Shown here piece after piece: positions 24,603 to 32,000 of a DNA stretch of 32,000 nt. The position numbers and the translations under genes were made by a program. Position 1 is the stretch's first letter. Each line of letters begins with the position of its first letter. Origin of the DNA: an uncultured bacterium (GTDB taxonomy: Bacteria; Margulisbacteria; WOR-1; CAVSGV01); contig OY969425.1 in the NCBI GenBank assembly GCA_963699255.1, positions 1,110,001 to 1,142,000 of the forward strand. Direction: 5' to 3'. The notes beneath the pieces were generated by a model. It did not search any database. It was not told the DNA's origin and saw only the letters and a program-made list of their open reading frames with translations.

Positions 24603-26396
24603 GAAAGGGGTTCGTCCATTAAAAGATTTGCCGTTATATTAATATTTCTTGCGGCCTTATTGATAGTAAATAATGCCCTGCCCGCATTTGGCGTTATAAT
24701 CGGCTCCCCCGAAGCCCTGCCAAAAGTGGCCCGTCCGCAGCAAAAGATCGAAGTCGGACCTGTCGTTACCGCCATAGAAATAAGAGGGAACAAAACCATA
24801 GCGGAAAGCACGATCATGGATGCCGTTTTCAGCCGCATAGGAGATATCCTTATAGAGGAAAAAGTATCAAGTGATGTCAAAGCGATATATGCAATGGGTT
24901 ATTTTCAGGATGTTTTTGCTTCATTTGAGTCCTATGCCAAAGGAACAAGGATAATATTCAATACGATAGAAAATCCCGTTCTAAATGTGATATCCACTGA
25001 AGGTAATTCCGTATATACATCCGATAAGCTTGTATCTCTCATGAAAACCAGGGTCGGAGATATCCTGAACTTTAAGACCCTTCAAGAGGACATCCAGACG
25101 ATCAACGACTTCTATCACAAGAACGGCTACACTATCGCCAGGGTCGCCGATGTGTCCACTGACCCGAAAACCAGCACGCTTAAGATAAAGATCATTGAAG
25201 GGATAATTGAATCCATAGCACTTGACGGAAACCTTTCAACACGGGATGACGTTATTTTGAGGGAAATAGACACGAAGCCGGGCGATATTTTGAATGAAAA
25301 ATCGCTTTCAAAGGACCTGAGAAGGGTCTTTAACCTGGGCTTCTTCACCGAGCTTACCCCGAATTTTGAGCCGGGAAGTTCCCCGGAAAAAATAGTCCTT
25401 GTCCTCAAAATAAAGGAAGCAAAAACGAACACGCTCAACTTCGGCGGAGGATACGGAGAACAGGAAGGATGGTTCGGCTTCGTTGACACGAGCATGAATA
25501 ATCTGTTCGGTACGGGACATGGAACGATGGTCAAGGCGCAGTGGGGCTCCACTCTGACAACATATCAGTTCAAGTATTACTATCCATGGTTCATGACGGA
25601 CTATTTGGGGTCGAGGACATCCATGACTTACAGAGTATGGAACACGTCCGGCGCCGACATTTACGGCAATGAAGTTGAAGACGCCTTGAGAATAGGATGG
25701 GATATCGCGCTTACGAGGCCGTTCGCCGAATATTTCTCACATTCACTGACGTTCGGAAGCGAGACCGCGATACCTAACGAAGATTCCACTGTCACAAATG
25801 CCGTCACTTTTGAGCAATACTCGTCGGATTTCATCGGGTATTCTATCTCTTACGACACGAGGGACTTCTGGATGAACCCCACGGAAGGAATGTTCCATAC
25901 CATCTCCATCAGAAAAGGCTGGAAAGACACGGATAATGTGATAACCAATTATACGAAACTCGGTCTTGATATGAATGAATTCGTGAAACTCGGGATAAAC
26001 CAGGTTTTGGCTCTTCATGCCTCTACAGGGGTCGGATACGGCGATGTGCCTATCGGCGAACTTTACTGGTGCGGCGGCGCGAACACCGTAAGGGGTTATG
26101 CCCCGTCCGAAGCGGTGCTTGGCGCCAGAAAGCTCATATTCAATATCGAGTACAGGTATACTTTCAACGAGACGTTCCAGGGGGTTGCTTTTTATGACTT
26201 CGGCGACGCCTGGGGTGATGTCGTTAACGGCGAAGTCGACGGCGGCGCCCCTGATTTTTCCCAATTCATGAGCGGAAAAGGACTTGGCCTAAGGTTGAAC
26301 ACTCCAATGGGTCCCATAAGGCTTGACTACGGGATCGGCGATTCAAGGTCGTTCGGCGAAGGCATAGTGCATTTTTCAATTGGACAAGCTTTCTAA
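24537..26396 (+). CDS. bamA: Outer membrane protein assembly factor BamA (Omp85 family)
   Basis: It has POTRA-type repeats (VTAIEIRGNKTIAESTIMDAV..., ISTEGNSVYTSDKL..., IIEGIIESIALDGNLSTRDDVILREI) and a C-terminal 16-strand barrel with VRGY and a terminal HFSIGQAF. The track start at ATG 24537 lies inside the palindrome. The real start is probably ATT 24618 (see findings). Confidence 0.9.
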   Translation: MRDVRCEKTDLISHLTSRISFFERGSSIKRFAVILIFLAALLIVNNALPAFGVIIGSPEALPKVARPQQKIEVGPVVTAIEIRGNKTIAESTIMDAVFSRIGDILIEEKVSSDVKAIYAMGYFQDVFASFESYAKGTRIIFNTIENPVLNVISTEGNSVYTSDKLVSLMKTRVGDILNFKTLQEDIQTINDFYHKNGYTIARVADVSTDPKTSTLKIKIIEGIIESIALDGNLSTRDDVILREIDTKPGDILNEKSLSKDLRRVFNLGFFTELTPNFEPGSSPEKIVLVLKIKEAKTNTLNFGGGYGEQEGWFGFVDTSMNNLFGTGHGTMVKAQWGSTLTTYQFKYYYPWFMTDYLGSRTSMTYRVWNTSGADIYGNEVEDALRIGWDIALTRPFAEYFSHSLTFGSETAIPNEDSTVTNAVTFEQYSSDFIGYSISYDTRDFWMNPTEGMFHTISIRKGWKDTDNVITNYTKLGLDMNEFVKLGINQVLALHASTGVGYGDVPIGELYWCGGANTVRGYAPSEAVLGARKLIFNIEYRYTFNETFQGVAFYDFGDAWGDVVNGEVDGGAPDFSQFMSGKGLGLRLNTPMGPIRLDYGIGDSRSFGEGIVHFSIGQAF

Positions 26397-26409
26397 ACCT
26401 TTCCCCCTA

Positions 26410-26434
26410 CCCCTCTCCTTAATAAGGAGAGGGG
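26410..26434 (+). terminator. Perfect 11-bp stem-loop after bamA
   Basis: CCCCTCTCCTT-AAT-AAGGAGAGGGG begins 14 nt after the bamA stop. No U-tract follows, so it is not a canonical intrinsic terminator. Confidence 0.4.
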
Positions 26435-26459
26435 AGCATAGTAAAGGCTAAAGTAGATT

Positions 26460-27128
26460 ATGATACCGATAAACCCTGGGGTGAGGAAGTTATACGATAT
26501 GAATTCAATAAGAGATAAATACATCAATGAGCTCGTCGAGTGGAACAAAAGGTTCAACCTCACAGGCCTGAAGACCGGGGATGAGATCCGGCTCAAGCTC
26601 TACGATGACTCATTGAACATCTCCAGGGCAGTTGATCTTTCCAAAAGAATTAAGGCGATCGACATCGGCTGCGGCGCGGGATTCCCGGGCATTCCGCTTA
26701 AGATAGAGAACCCTGACATTGAACTCACCCTCGTTGATTCTGTCGCAAAGAAAATAAGCTTTGTTGAACATGTGATAAAGGTCCTTGACCTGAAAGATAC
26801 CGAAGCGATATGCGGGCGGGCCGAGGATATTGCAAAAGACCGCCGGGAACAGTTCGACCTTGCGGTAGCCAGGGCTGTTGCAAAACTCAACACGCTCTGT
26901 GAATACTGCCTTCCTTTCGTAAGGATCGGCGGATCGTTCGTCGCTCAAAAAGGCCCCGACATTGAAGAAGAGCTTAAAGCCGCCGCATCGGCAATATCAA
27001 CTCTGGGCGGCCGCCTCAAGGAGAAGATCGGGGTTCCATCCGGCTGGCTTGTTGTCATTGAAAAGATCAGACCCACGCCTTCCGATTTTCCCAGAAGGGC
27101 CGGGCTCCCGTCCAAAAAACCGCTGTAG
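26460..27128 (+). CDS. rsmG: 16S rRNA (guanine527-N7)-methyltransferase RsmG (GidB)
   Basis: 222-aa ORF with WNKRFNLTG and a SAM motif (IDIGCGAGFPGIPLKI). It sits in the classical rsmG-parA-parB order. An alternative start at ATG 26499 has the better SD (GGGGTGAGGAAG). Confidence 0.9.
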   Translation: MIPINPGVRKLYDMNSIRDKYINELVEWNKRFNLTGLKTGDEIRLKLYDDSLNISRAVDLSKRIKAIDIGCGAGFPGIPLKIENPDIELTLVDSVAKKISFVEHVIKVLDLKDTEAICGRAEDIAKDRREQFDLAVARAVAKLNTLCEYCLPFVRIGGSFVAQKGPDIEEELKAAASAISTLGGRLKEKIGVPSGWLVVIEKIRPTPSDFPRRAGLPSKKPL

Positions 27129-27133
27129 AATTA

Positions 27134-27240
27134 GGAACCTGCGACCTGCCTCGCGGCAAGGCGGGCTAAACGTCGCGGTTCCTGTTATATTAGTTGTTAT
27201 TACTGAATCATTTGGAGCCGAGGCGTTTAGCCTCAGGCTC
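27134..27240 (+). repeat. Bulged-hairpin intergenic repeat, copy 3 (module A with a 26-nt loop insert, linker, module C)
   Basis: GGAACCTGCGAC (27134-27145) pairs with GTCGCGGTTCC (27172-27182). Then come TTAGTTGTTATTACTGAATC and GGAGCCGAGGC-GTTTA-GCCTCAGGCTC (27214-27240). Confidence 0.8.
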
Positions 27241-27254
27241 TTTTTCTAAAAATA

Positions 27255-27263
27255 TGATATAAT
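27255..27263 (+). promoter_or_regulatory. Extended -10 promoter TGATATAAT, 8 nt upstream of the parA ATG (leaderless candidate)
   Basis: The sequence reads aTGaTATAAT-atactgaa-ATG(27272), with no SD. The 10-mer ATGATATAAT and the N8 spacing are identical to 5611-5631. Confidence 0.45.
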
Positions 27264-27271
27264 ATACTGAA

Positions 27272-28036
27272 ATGTCCACTATTTTCGCCACCGTTAACCA
27301 GAAAGGCGGGGTTGGAAAAACCACTACTTCCGTCAATTTGGCGTCATATCTTGCCACCTTCGGCAAAAAAATACTTCTTATTGATTGCGATCCCCAGGGG
27401 AATGCATCATCAGGCCTGGGCATTGACAGGAATGAGGTCACAACATGCATGTACGACGTGATAATCAACGGCGCTGAACTCTCTAGCATCATTAAACCTA
27501 CGGTAATTTCCGGTCTAGATATCGCCCCCGCGACCCCTCGTCTCGCCGGCGCGGAAGTAGAACTCACCGAAATGGACCTTAGGGAATCGATATTAAAGAA
27601 CGCCTTAATGCCGGCCAGGGCGAAATATGATTATCTTATTATTGATTGCCCTCCTTCACTCTCGCTTTTAACCGTTAATGCGCTTACGGCATCCGACCAG
27701 GTGATAATACCGATCCAATGCGAGTACTACGCGCTGGAGGGCTTGAGCCAGCTTGTAAAAACGATAGAGCTGATAAAGAAAAGCTTGAATCCTGACTTGC
27801 GCATATGCGGGATTTTGCTTACAATGTACGACTCAAGGACGCTTTTATCAGAGCAAGTGGTGGAGGAAACAAGGCGGCATTTCGGCGGAAGGGTGTTTAA
27901 GACCATAATCCCAAGGAACGTGAGGCTGGCGGAATCTCCTTCTTTTGGGCAGCCGATAGTGTTCTATGATCCTTCTTCGAGCGGCGCAGTGGCGTATGAA
28001 AACCTGTCCAGGGAAATACTGGACGGGCACATTTAA
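27272..28036 (+). CDS. parA: Chromosome partitioning ATPase ParA/Soj
   Basis: 254-aa ORF with a deviant Walker A (NQKGGVGKTTTSVNLA), IIDCPPSL, and the motif IPRNVRLAESPSFGQPIVFYD. Confidence 0.95.
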   Translation: MSTIFATVNQKGGVGKTTTSVNLASYLATFGKKILLIDCDPQGNASSGLGIDRNEVTTCMYDVIINGAELSSIIKPTVISGLDIAPATPRLAGAEVELTEMDLRESILKNALMPARAKYDYLIIDCPPSLSLLTVNALTASDQVIIPIQCEYYALEGLSQLVKTIELIKKSLNPDLRICGILLTMYDSRTLLSEQVVEETRRHFGGRVFKTIIPRNVRLAESPSFGQPIVFYDPSSSGAVAYENLSREILDGHI

Positions 28037-28056
28037 CAGGATAACAGGAGAAGTTT

Positions 28057-28920
28057 ATGCAGAAAAGAGGCCTCGGAAAAGGATTGTCTGCGCTGATACC
28101 CAACAACCCCAACAATAACGTTCTTACCGGCGGAAGAACGATAGTGAATATCGATATCAACAAGATCGTTCCAAATCCCAGACAGCCCCGAGCGGAATTC
28201 CCCCAGGAAACCCTTACTGAACTTGCTGAGTCGATAAGATCCCAGGGGATCATTGAACCGATACTTGCCCGTCCGAAAAACGGAAAATATGAATTGATCG
28301 CGGGAGAAAGACGCTTCAGGGCGGCAAGAAAGGCGGGCCTGACGGTCCTACCCGCAATAATAAAGGATTTTTCCGATGAGGAATCTCTTGAGATCGCGCT
28401 CATCGAAAATTTACAAAGGGAAGACCTGAATCCAATGGAAGAAGCCGAAGCATACGCGAAACTTTCGAGCGAATTCCAAATAACGCAGGTGGATATCGCC
28501 AAAAAAGTGGGAAAAGACAGGTCCACCGTCGCGAACATGATGAGGCTGCTGGAGCTGCCCAAGGAAATTCAGGCAAGCATAAGGAGATCTCAAATAAGCG
28601 TAGGACATGCGAGACCGATACTTTCGCTCGAGACCGAAATGGAAAAGCTCTCCCTCTGGAAAGAAATATTAAAGAACAACCTGTCCGTCAGGGACGTAGA
28701 GCAGATCGTTCACGGCGGGGACACGGAAGCAAAAAGGCTGAAAAAAAGGAAGCTCCCAAAGAACGAGGAACTGGTAGACCTTACGGAGTTGCTGACGACG
28801 CATCTGGGAACGCGCGTCAGGATACACGGATCGATCAAAAAAGGTAAAATAGAGATCGATTATTTTTCACAGGAGGACCTGGAAAGGATAATCGAGGCCC
28901 TGACAGGGAATATCACCTAA
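28057..28920 (+). CDS. parB: Chromosome partitioning protein ParB/Spo0J
   Basis: 287-aa ORF with the ParB box (IVPNPRQPR), the CTP-binding GERRFRAA motif and an HTH (ITQVDIAKKVGKDRSTVANMMRLL). Confidence 0.95.
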   Translation: MQKRGLGKGLSALIPNNPNNNVLTGGRTIVNIDINKIVPNPRQPRAEFPQETLTELAESIRSQGIIEPILARPKNGKYELIAGERRFRAARKAGLTVLPAIIKDFSDEESLEIALIENLQREDLNPMEEAEAYAKLSSEFQITQVDIAKKVGKDRSTVANMMRLLELPKEIQASIRRSQISVGHARPILSLETEMEKLSLWKEILKNNLSVRDVEQIVHGGDTEAKRLKKRKLPKNEELVDLTELLTTHLGTRVRIHGSIKKGKIEIDYFSQEDLERIIEALTGNIT

Positions 28921-28938
28921 GATCAAATCTCATCAAGA

Positions 28939-28988
28939 GCAGAGCTTGCCTCTGCGAGACCGCTTGAATTCGCGGAGATAAACTCCGC
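28939..28988 (+). terminator. Two short GC hairpins after parB (weak terminator candidate)
   Basis: GCAGAG-cttgc-CTCTGC (28939-28955) and GCGGAG-ataaa-CTCCGC (28972-28988). The second is followed by tctataggTTTTatata. Confidence 0.3.
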
Positions 28989-29021
28989 TCTATAGGTTTT
29001 ATATAACTATTTAGTTTTGCG

Positions 29022-29086
29022 GGAACCTGCGACTGAAAGTCGCGGTTCCAATCAAAGCGGAACCGAGAGTTTTACTCTCAGGTTCC
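29022..29086 (+). repeat. Bulged-hairpin intergenic repeat, copy 4 (compact module A plus module B, 65 nt)
   Basis: GGAACCTGCGAC-TGAAA-GTCGCGGTTCC (29022-29049), then aatcaaagc, then GGAACCGAGAGT-TTT-ACTCTCAGGTTCC (29059-29086). The 3' arm overlaps the ATPase stop codon. Confidence 0.8.
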
Positions 29087-31537
29087 ATAACTCTGAATAG
29101 TTACAGTCTTATTTCTTGAAAATATGAATTTCCTAGCTTCCAATAAAAGATTCAAAGCAAAAGAAAAGCCGGCGGCCATCAGGAAATATTCCAGGCTGAC
29201 GGCGCCTAAATTGATCTTATCGCTTATGTAAGGCACGAAAACACCGATAATCAGGACTGCGATCGCGGTCAATGCCCACAGGTTCATCACGGGATTGGTG
29301 AAAAAGCCAAGCTTATAAACCGGAGCCCTGTCCGAGCGGGATATGAAAGCCAGGGTAATGTGACCGAAGATCCATGCCGTAAAGGACAGGGTTTGCACCT
29401 GGACCAGCGGCAAACCGAGATGCCTGGCGTAGAAATAAACCCCTGTCACTGCGCAGAAAAGAACAAGACCTTTCAAGAAAACATCCATAACGGACGGAGC
29501 GTTCATTATTCGTTCTCCCCTGGCATAAGGAGAGCGGACATAAATATCTTTCTCCTCCGGCTCGCTGACAAATCCGGCCGAGGCCGCAAGGTCCATAAAA
29601 AGCTCCAGAAGGATTATCTGGATCGGGGCAAGAGGCATCGGCAGTCCCGCAATCGCCGGCAAAAGGAATATGAAAATAAGCGCCGCTTTGACCGAGAGGT
29701 AATATTTGATCCCTTTTTTCAGGTTATCATAGAATTTCCTGCCCTCAAATATGCCCTGGGTTATCGTTATGTAATTGTCATCGGCCAGGACGACTTCCGC
29801 GGCTTCTTTTGCGACATCCGTTCCGCGTATCCCCATGGCGATGCCTATATCGGCCGCCTTCAGGGCGAGCGCATCATTGACTCCATCGCCGGTTACAGCT
29901 ACAACCTCTTTGTTCTCCTGAAGGGCTTTTACTAGACGGTATTTATGCTCGGGCTCCGTGCGGGCAAAAACAACGACTTTCTTCACGAGTTCCCGCAGAT
30001 CCGCGTCCGACACTTTATCCAGTTCGGCTCCGGTGACAACTCTTCCGTCGCCGGATAAAATGCCGACCTCCCTCGCAATATATTTTGCGGTTTCAGGATG
30101 GTCGCCCGTTACCATGATGGTCCTTACTCCTGCGCCAGCCGCCCTGGCTATCGTTTCCCTTACGCCATTCCTAGGTGAATCTTCAAAACTGATCAAACCG
30201 CAGAATTTCATGCTCTGCTCCAATTTCTCCCAGTCCGCATGCACATCTTCGCCGGATAGTTCCCTGCGGCAGACAGCTATCACTCTTCGCCCAACAGAAG
30301 TCTGTTTTTTGAGCTCCATCATGACAGCGTTCTTATCAACGTTTTCGCAATGATCGATGATCTTTTCCGGCGCTCCCTTCAGGTAAAGCGCGAATTTACC
30401 CCCCTCTCCCCTGATGACCGAGTTGGTCTTCTTCTCATTGGTAAAATTGCGCTGCCGGACGATATTGAGATTCGATATTTTTCCCGCGGTCTCTTTCATC
30501 AGCACCTCATCAAGAGTGCTTGTGGACAAAGGCGTGGTCGCCATTGTCGCGCAATCCAGGACTTCCCGGCGCGCATTTCCAGGATAAATTTCCTTGATAT
30601 GCATTTTCCCTTCCGTGATCGTGCCCGTTTTGTCCGTTACAATGACGGTCGCATTCCCCAGGGTTTCGGCGGCCTTTATCCTTTTCACAAGAAAATTATG
30701 TTTCGACAAAGTATAAGCCCCCAGCCCTAGTACCATTGTAATGACTATCGGCAGTTCCTCGGGGATCGTAGCGAAAGAAAGCGACAATCCGGTCAATATC
30801 ATCGTCTTAAGGTCCTGACCCCTGAACCACCCTATTACCGGTATGATGATCGACATGAACGCCGCCACATAGACAAGTTTTCCCGCAAGGGATTTCATCT
30901 CGAGCTGAAGCGGGGTTCTCGGCGCCCTCGCCTGCTTTGCGGCGGCGGCTATCTTGCCGAGTTTTGTGTTCTGCCCCGTGGAATATATTTTTGCCGTCCC
31001 CTCCCCTGAGGTAACAACCGTGCCGGCAAACACGGCGGCGCCGTTCATTTTTTCCTGCGGGAAAGACTCTCCAGTCAATGAAGATTCGTCGATCTGCATA
31101 TCTATCGATCTGAGGATATTGGCATCGGCGGGGATCTTCGTGCCCGGCGACAGAACGAGGATGTCCCCGGGAACGATGTCCTTTGAATCTACCGCGGTTA
31201 TCCTGCCGTCGCGCAAAACCTTTGCCTTCGGGGAAGCTATCTCCTCCAGCGCGGCTATCGCTTTTTTAGCCCTGAACTCGTTATACACCTCGGCAAAAAC
31301 AAGCAGTATTATTACCACAAATATCGTAATCGCGTCATCAAGCTTGCCCCAGATGCTGTAAACGATACCAACGAAGAACAGGAGAAGTATCATCGGCTCG
31401 GTGATCTCGTGTCCGGCGATGCCGAAGAAGCTTATCTTCTCCGGCTTGAAGATCTCGTTCGGGCCGAATTCCATTAATTTTATTTGAACCTCTGCTTCTG
31501 ATAAACCAATTTCTTCCATCTTATCCATATTAATCAC
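29078..31537 (-). CDS. Cation-translocating P-type ATPase (P2-type, Ca2+/Mg2+-like)
   Basis: It has TGES (LTGESFPQ), a TM4 IPEELP motif, the phosphorylation site VTDKTGTITEG, the hinge VTGDGVNDALALKAADIGIAMG, and 10 predicted TM helices. The track start is GTG 31537. ATG 31528 (behind SD GAGGTG) and ATG 31519 (7 nt after a TTGACA-16-TAATAT promoter) are alternatives. Confidence 0.95.
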   Translation of the reverse strand: MINMDKMEEIGLSEAEVQIKLMEFGPNEIFKPEKISFFGIAGHEITEPMILLLFFVGIVYSIWGKLDDAITIFVVIILLVFAEVYNEFRAKKAIAALEEIASPKAKVLRDGRITAVDSKDIVPGDILVLSPGTKIPADANILRSIDMQIDESSLTGESFPQEKMNGAAVFAGTVVTSGEGTAKIYSTGQNTKLGKIAAAAKQARAPRTPLQLEMKSLAGKLVYVAAFMSIIIPVIGWFRGQDLKTMILTGLSLSFATIPEELPIVITMVLGLGAYTLSKHNFLVKRIKAAETLGNATVIVTDKTGTITEGKMHIKEIYPGNARREVLDCATMATTPLSTSTLDEVLMKETAGKISNLNIVRQRNFTNEKKTNSVIRGEGGKFALYLKGAPEKIIDHCENVDKNAVMMELKKQTSVGRRVIAVCRRELSGEDVHADWEKLEQSMKFCGLISFEDSPRNGVRETIARAAGAGVRTIMVTGDHPETAKYIAREVGILSGDGRVVTGAELDKVSDADLRELVKKVVVFARTEPEHKYRLVKALQENKEVVAVTGDGVNDALALKAADIGIAMGIRGTDVAKEAAEVVLADDNYITITQGIFEGRKFYDNLKKGIKYYLSVKAALIFIFLLPAIAGLPMPLAPIQIILLELFMDLAASAGFVSEPEEKDIYVRSPYARGERIMNAPSVMDVFLKGLVLFCAVTGVYFYARHLGLPLVQVQTLSFTAWIFGHITLAFISRSDRAPVYKLGFFTNPVMNLWALTAIAVLIIGVFVPYISDKINLGAVSLEYFLMAAGFSFALNLLLEARKFIFSRNKTVTIQSYGT

Positions 31538-31569
31538 CTCGAAAATAATGTCAAATGACCAATTATCAA

Positions 31570-31630
31570 TGACAAATTAATTCCTAATTGGTCAATTACA
31601 AATTAGGAATTGAACATTGGTAATTTGTCA
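31570..31630. promoter_or_regulatory. Nested A+T-rich palindrome between the two P-type ATPase genes
   Basis: The outer arms are TGACAAATTA (31570-31579) and TAATTTGTCA (31621-31630). The inner arms are AATTCCTAATT (31579-31589) and AATTAGGAATT (31601-31611). A related half-site AATGACCAATTA lies just upstream on the plus strand. Confidence 0.45.
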
Positions 31631-32000
31631 TTATAATTTCATGGCTTTTTTAACTTCCATAAACCATAGAGGCAAACTTGAGAGAGCGAACAGATAAAAA
31701 AGTTCCCACCCGGAAAGAGGAACGGTATAAAAGATCTTCTGCAGCATCGGGACATATATTACCATGAGCTGCAGAAGCACCGTCAAGGCAACGGACAGGA
31801 CAAGGTACATGTTCGAAAATATCCCGACCTTGAACACCGAGGCGGTTTCCGATTTGCAGTTGAAGACGTGGTACATCTCAAGAAGCGCGAGGGCAGAAAA
31901 AGCGAGCGTCCTGCCCTTCGCTACGCTGTCTCTCATTCCTACCGTGAACAGGAACAACGAAACCGCGGCGATTATCAGCCCGATAAATACCATGGAAACT
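31631..32000 (-). CDS. P-type ATPase, C-terminal membrane domain (partial, continues off the window)
   Basis: The frame stays open to the window edge. The sequence RTLAFSALALLEMYHVFNCKSE...SNMYLVLSVALTVLLQLMVIYVPMLQKIF is the conserved TM7-TM10 region (Cation_ATPase_C) of P2 ATPases. Confidence 0.85.
   Translation of the reverse strand, partial: VSMVFIGLIIAAVSLFLFTVGMRDSVAKGRTLAFSALALLEMYHVFNCKSETASVFKVGIFSNMYLVLSVALTVLLQLMVIYVPMLQKIFYTVPLSGWELFYLFALSSLPLWFMEVKKAMKL

Noticed and set aside
26397-29077. parS sites or an oriC (DnaA-box cluster) near rsmG-parA-parB.
   Set aside because: I scanned by eye for TGTTNCACGTGAAACA-like and TTATCCACA-like sequences. I found only isolated partial matches inside coding regions (for example GTTCACGTGG near 8808 and TTTTCCACA at 9921), no cluster, and no A+T-rich unwinding region. 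An origin is not supported within this window.
31634-31639. A plus-strand TATAAT box at the end of the partial ATPase gene.
   Set aside because: There is no plus-strand gene downstream to serve. The box lies in coding or stop-proximal A+T-rich sequence and is likely fortuitous.

Overview
This 32-kb chromosomal segment comes from a diderm bacterium (it encodes BamA and TamB), probably uncultivated. It is almost fully coding. I saw no rRNA, tRNA, CRISPR array, transposase or integrase.

Gene order, left to right:
- The tail of an iron-siderophore/B12-type ABC importer: an ATPase fragment, a short FecCD permease and a binding protein.
- ftsK.
- An A+T-rich islet with two HEAT-like orphan genes.
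- A translationally coupled block of two glycosyltransferases, an SDR epimerase/dehydratase, a DegT aminotransferase, a polysaccharide deacetylase and cstA.
- An S9-type alpha/beta hydrolase.
- A second A+T-rich islet with two orphan ORFs separated only by an in-frame TAG.
- coaBC-rpoZ-gmk, with gmk frame-disrupted.
- An outer-membrane biogenesis run: a FadL/TraF-like barrel, a small membrane protein, a ~1,590-aa TamB and BamA. It joins directly to rsmG-parA-parB.
- Two tandem P-type ATPases.

The most interesting signals are non-genic:
1. A modular family of bulged-hairpin repeats occupies four intergenic spacers. It is REP/BIME- or MITE-like, and I do not recognise the sequence.
2. A palindrome built from GAGATGN heptads, followed by a T-tract, lies between tamB and bamA.
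3. Two exported proteins (BamA and the ABC binding protein) get proper signal peptides only if translation starts at ATT behind a GGGG Shine-Dalgarno.
4. Consensus or extended -10 boxes sit 6-14 nt from several start codons, implying leaderless or very short-leader mRNAs.
5. gmk and tamB each carry a single-nucleotide frame disruption.

Everything here comes from reading the sequence and ORF translations by eye. No database search, folding or composition calculation was run.
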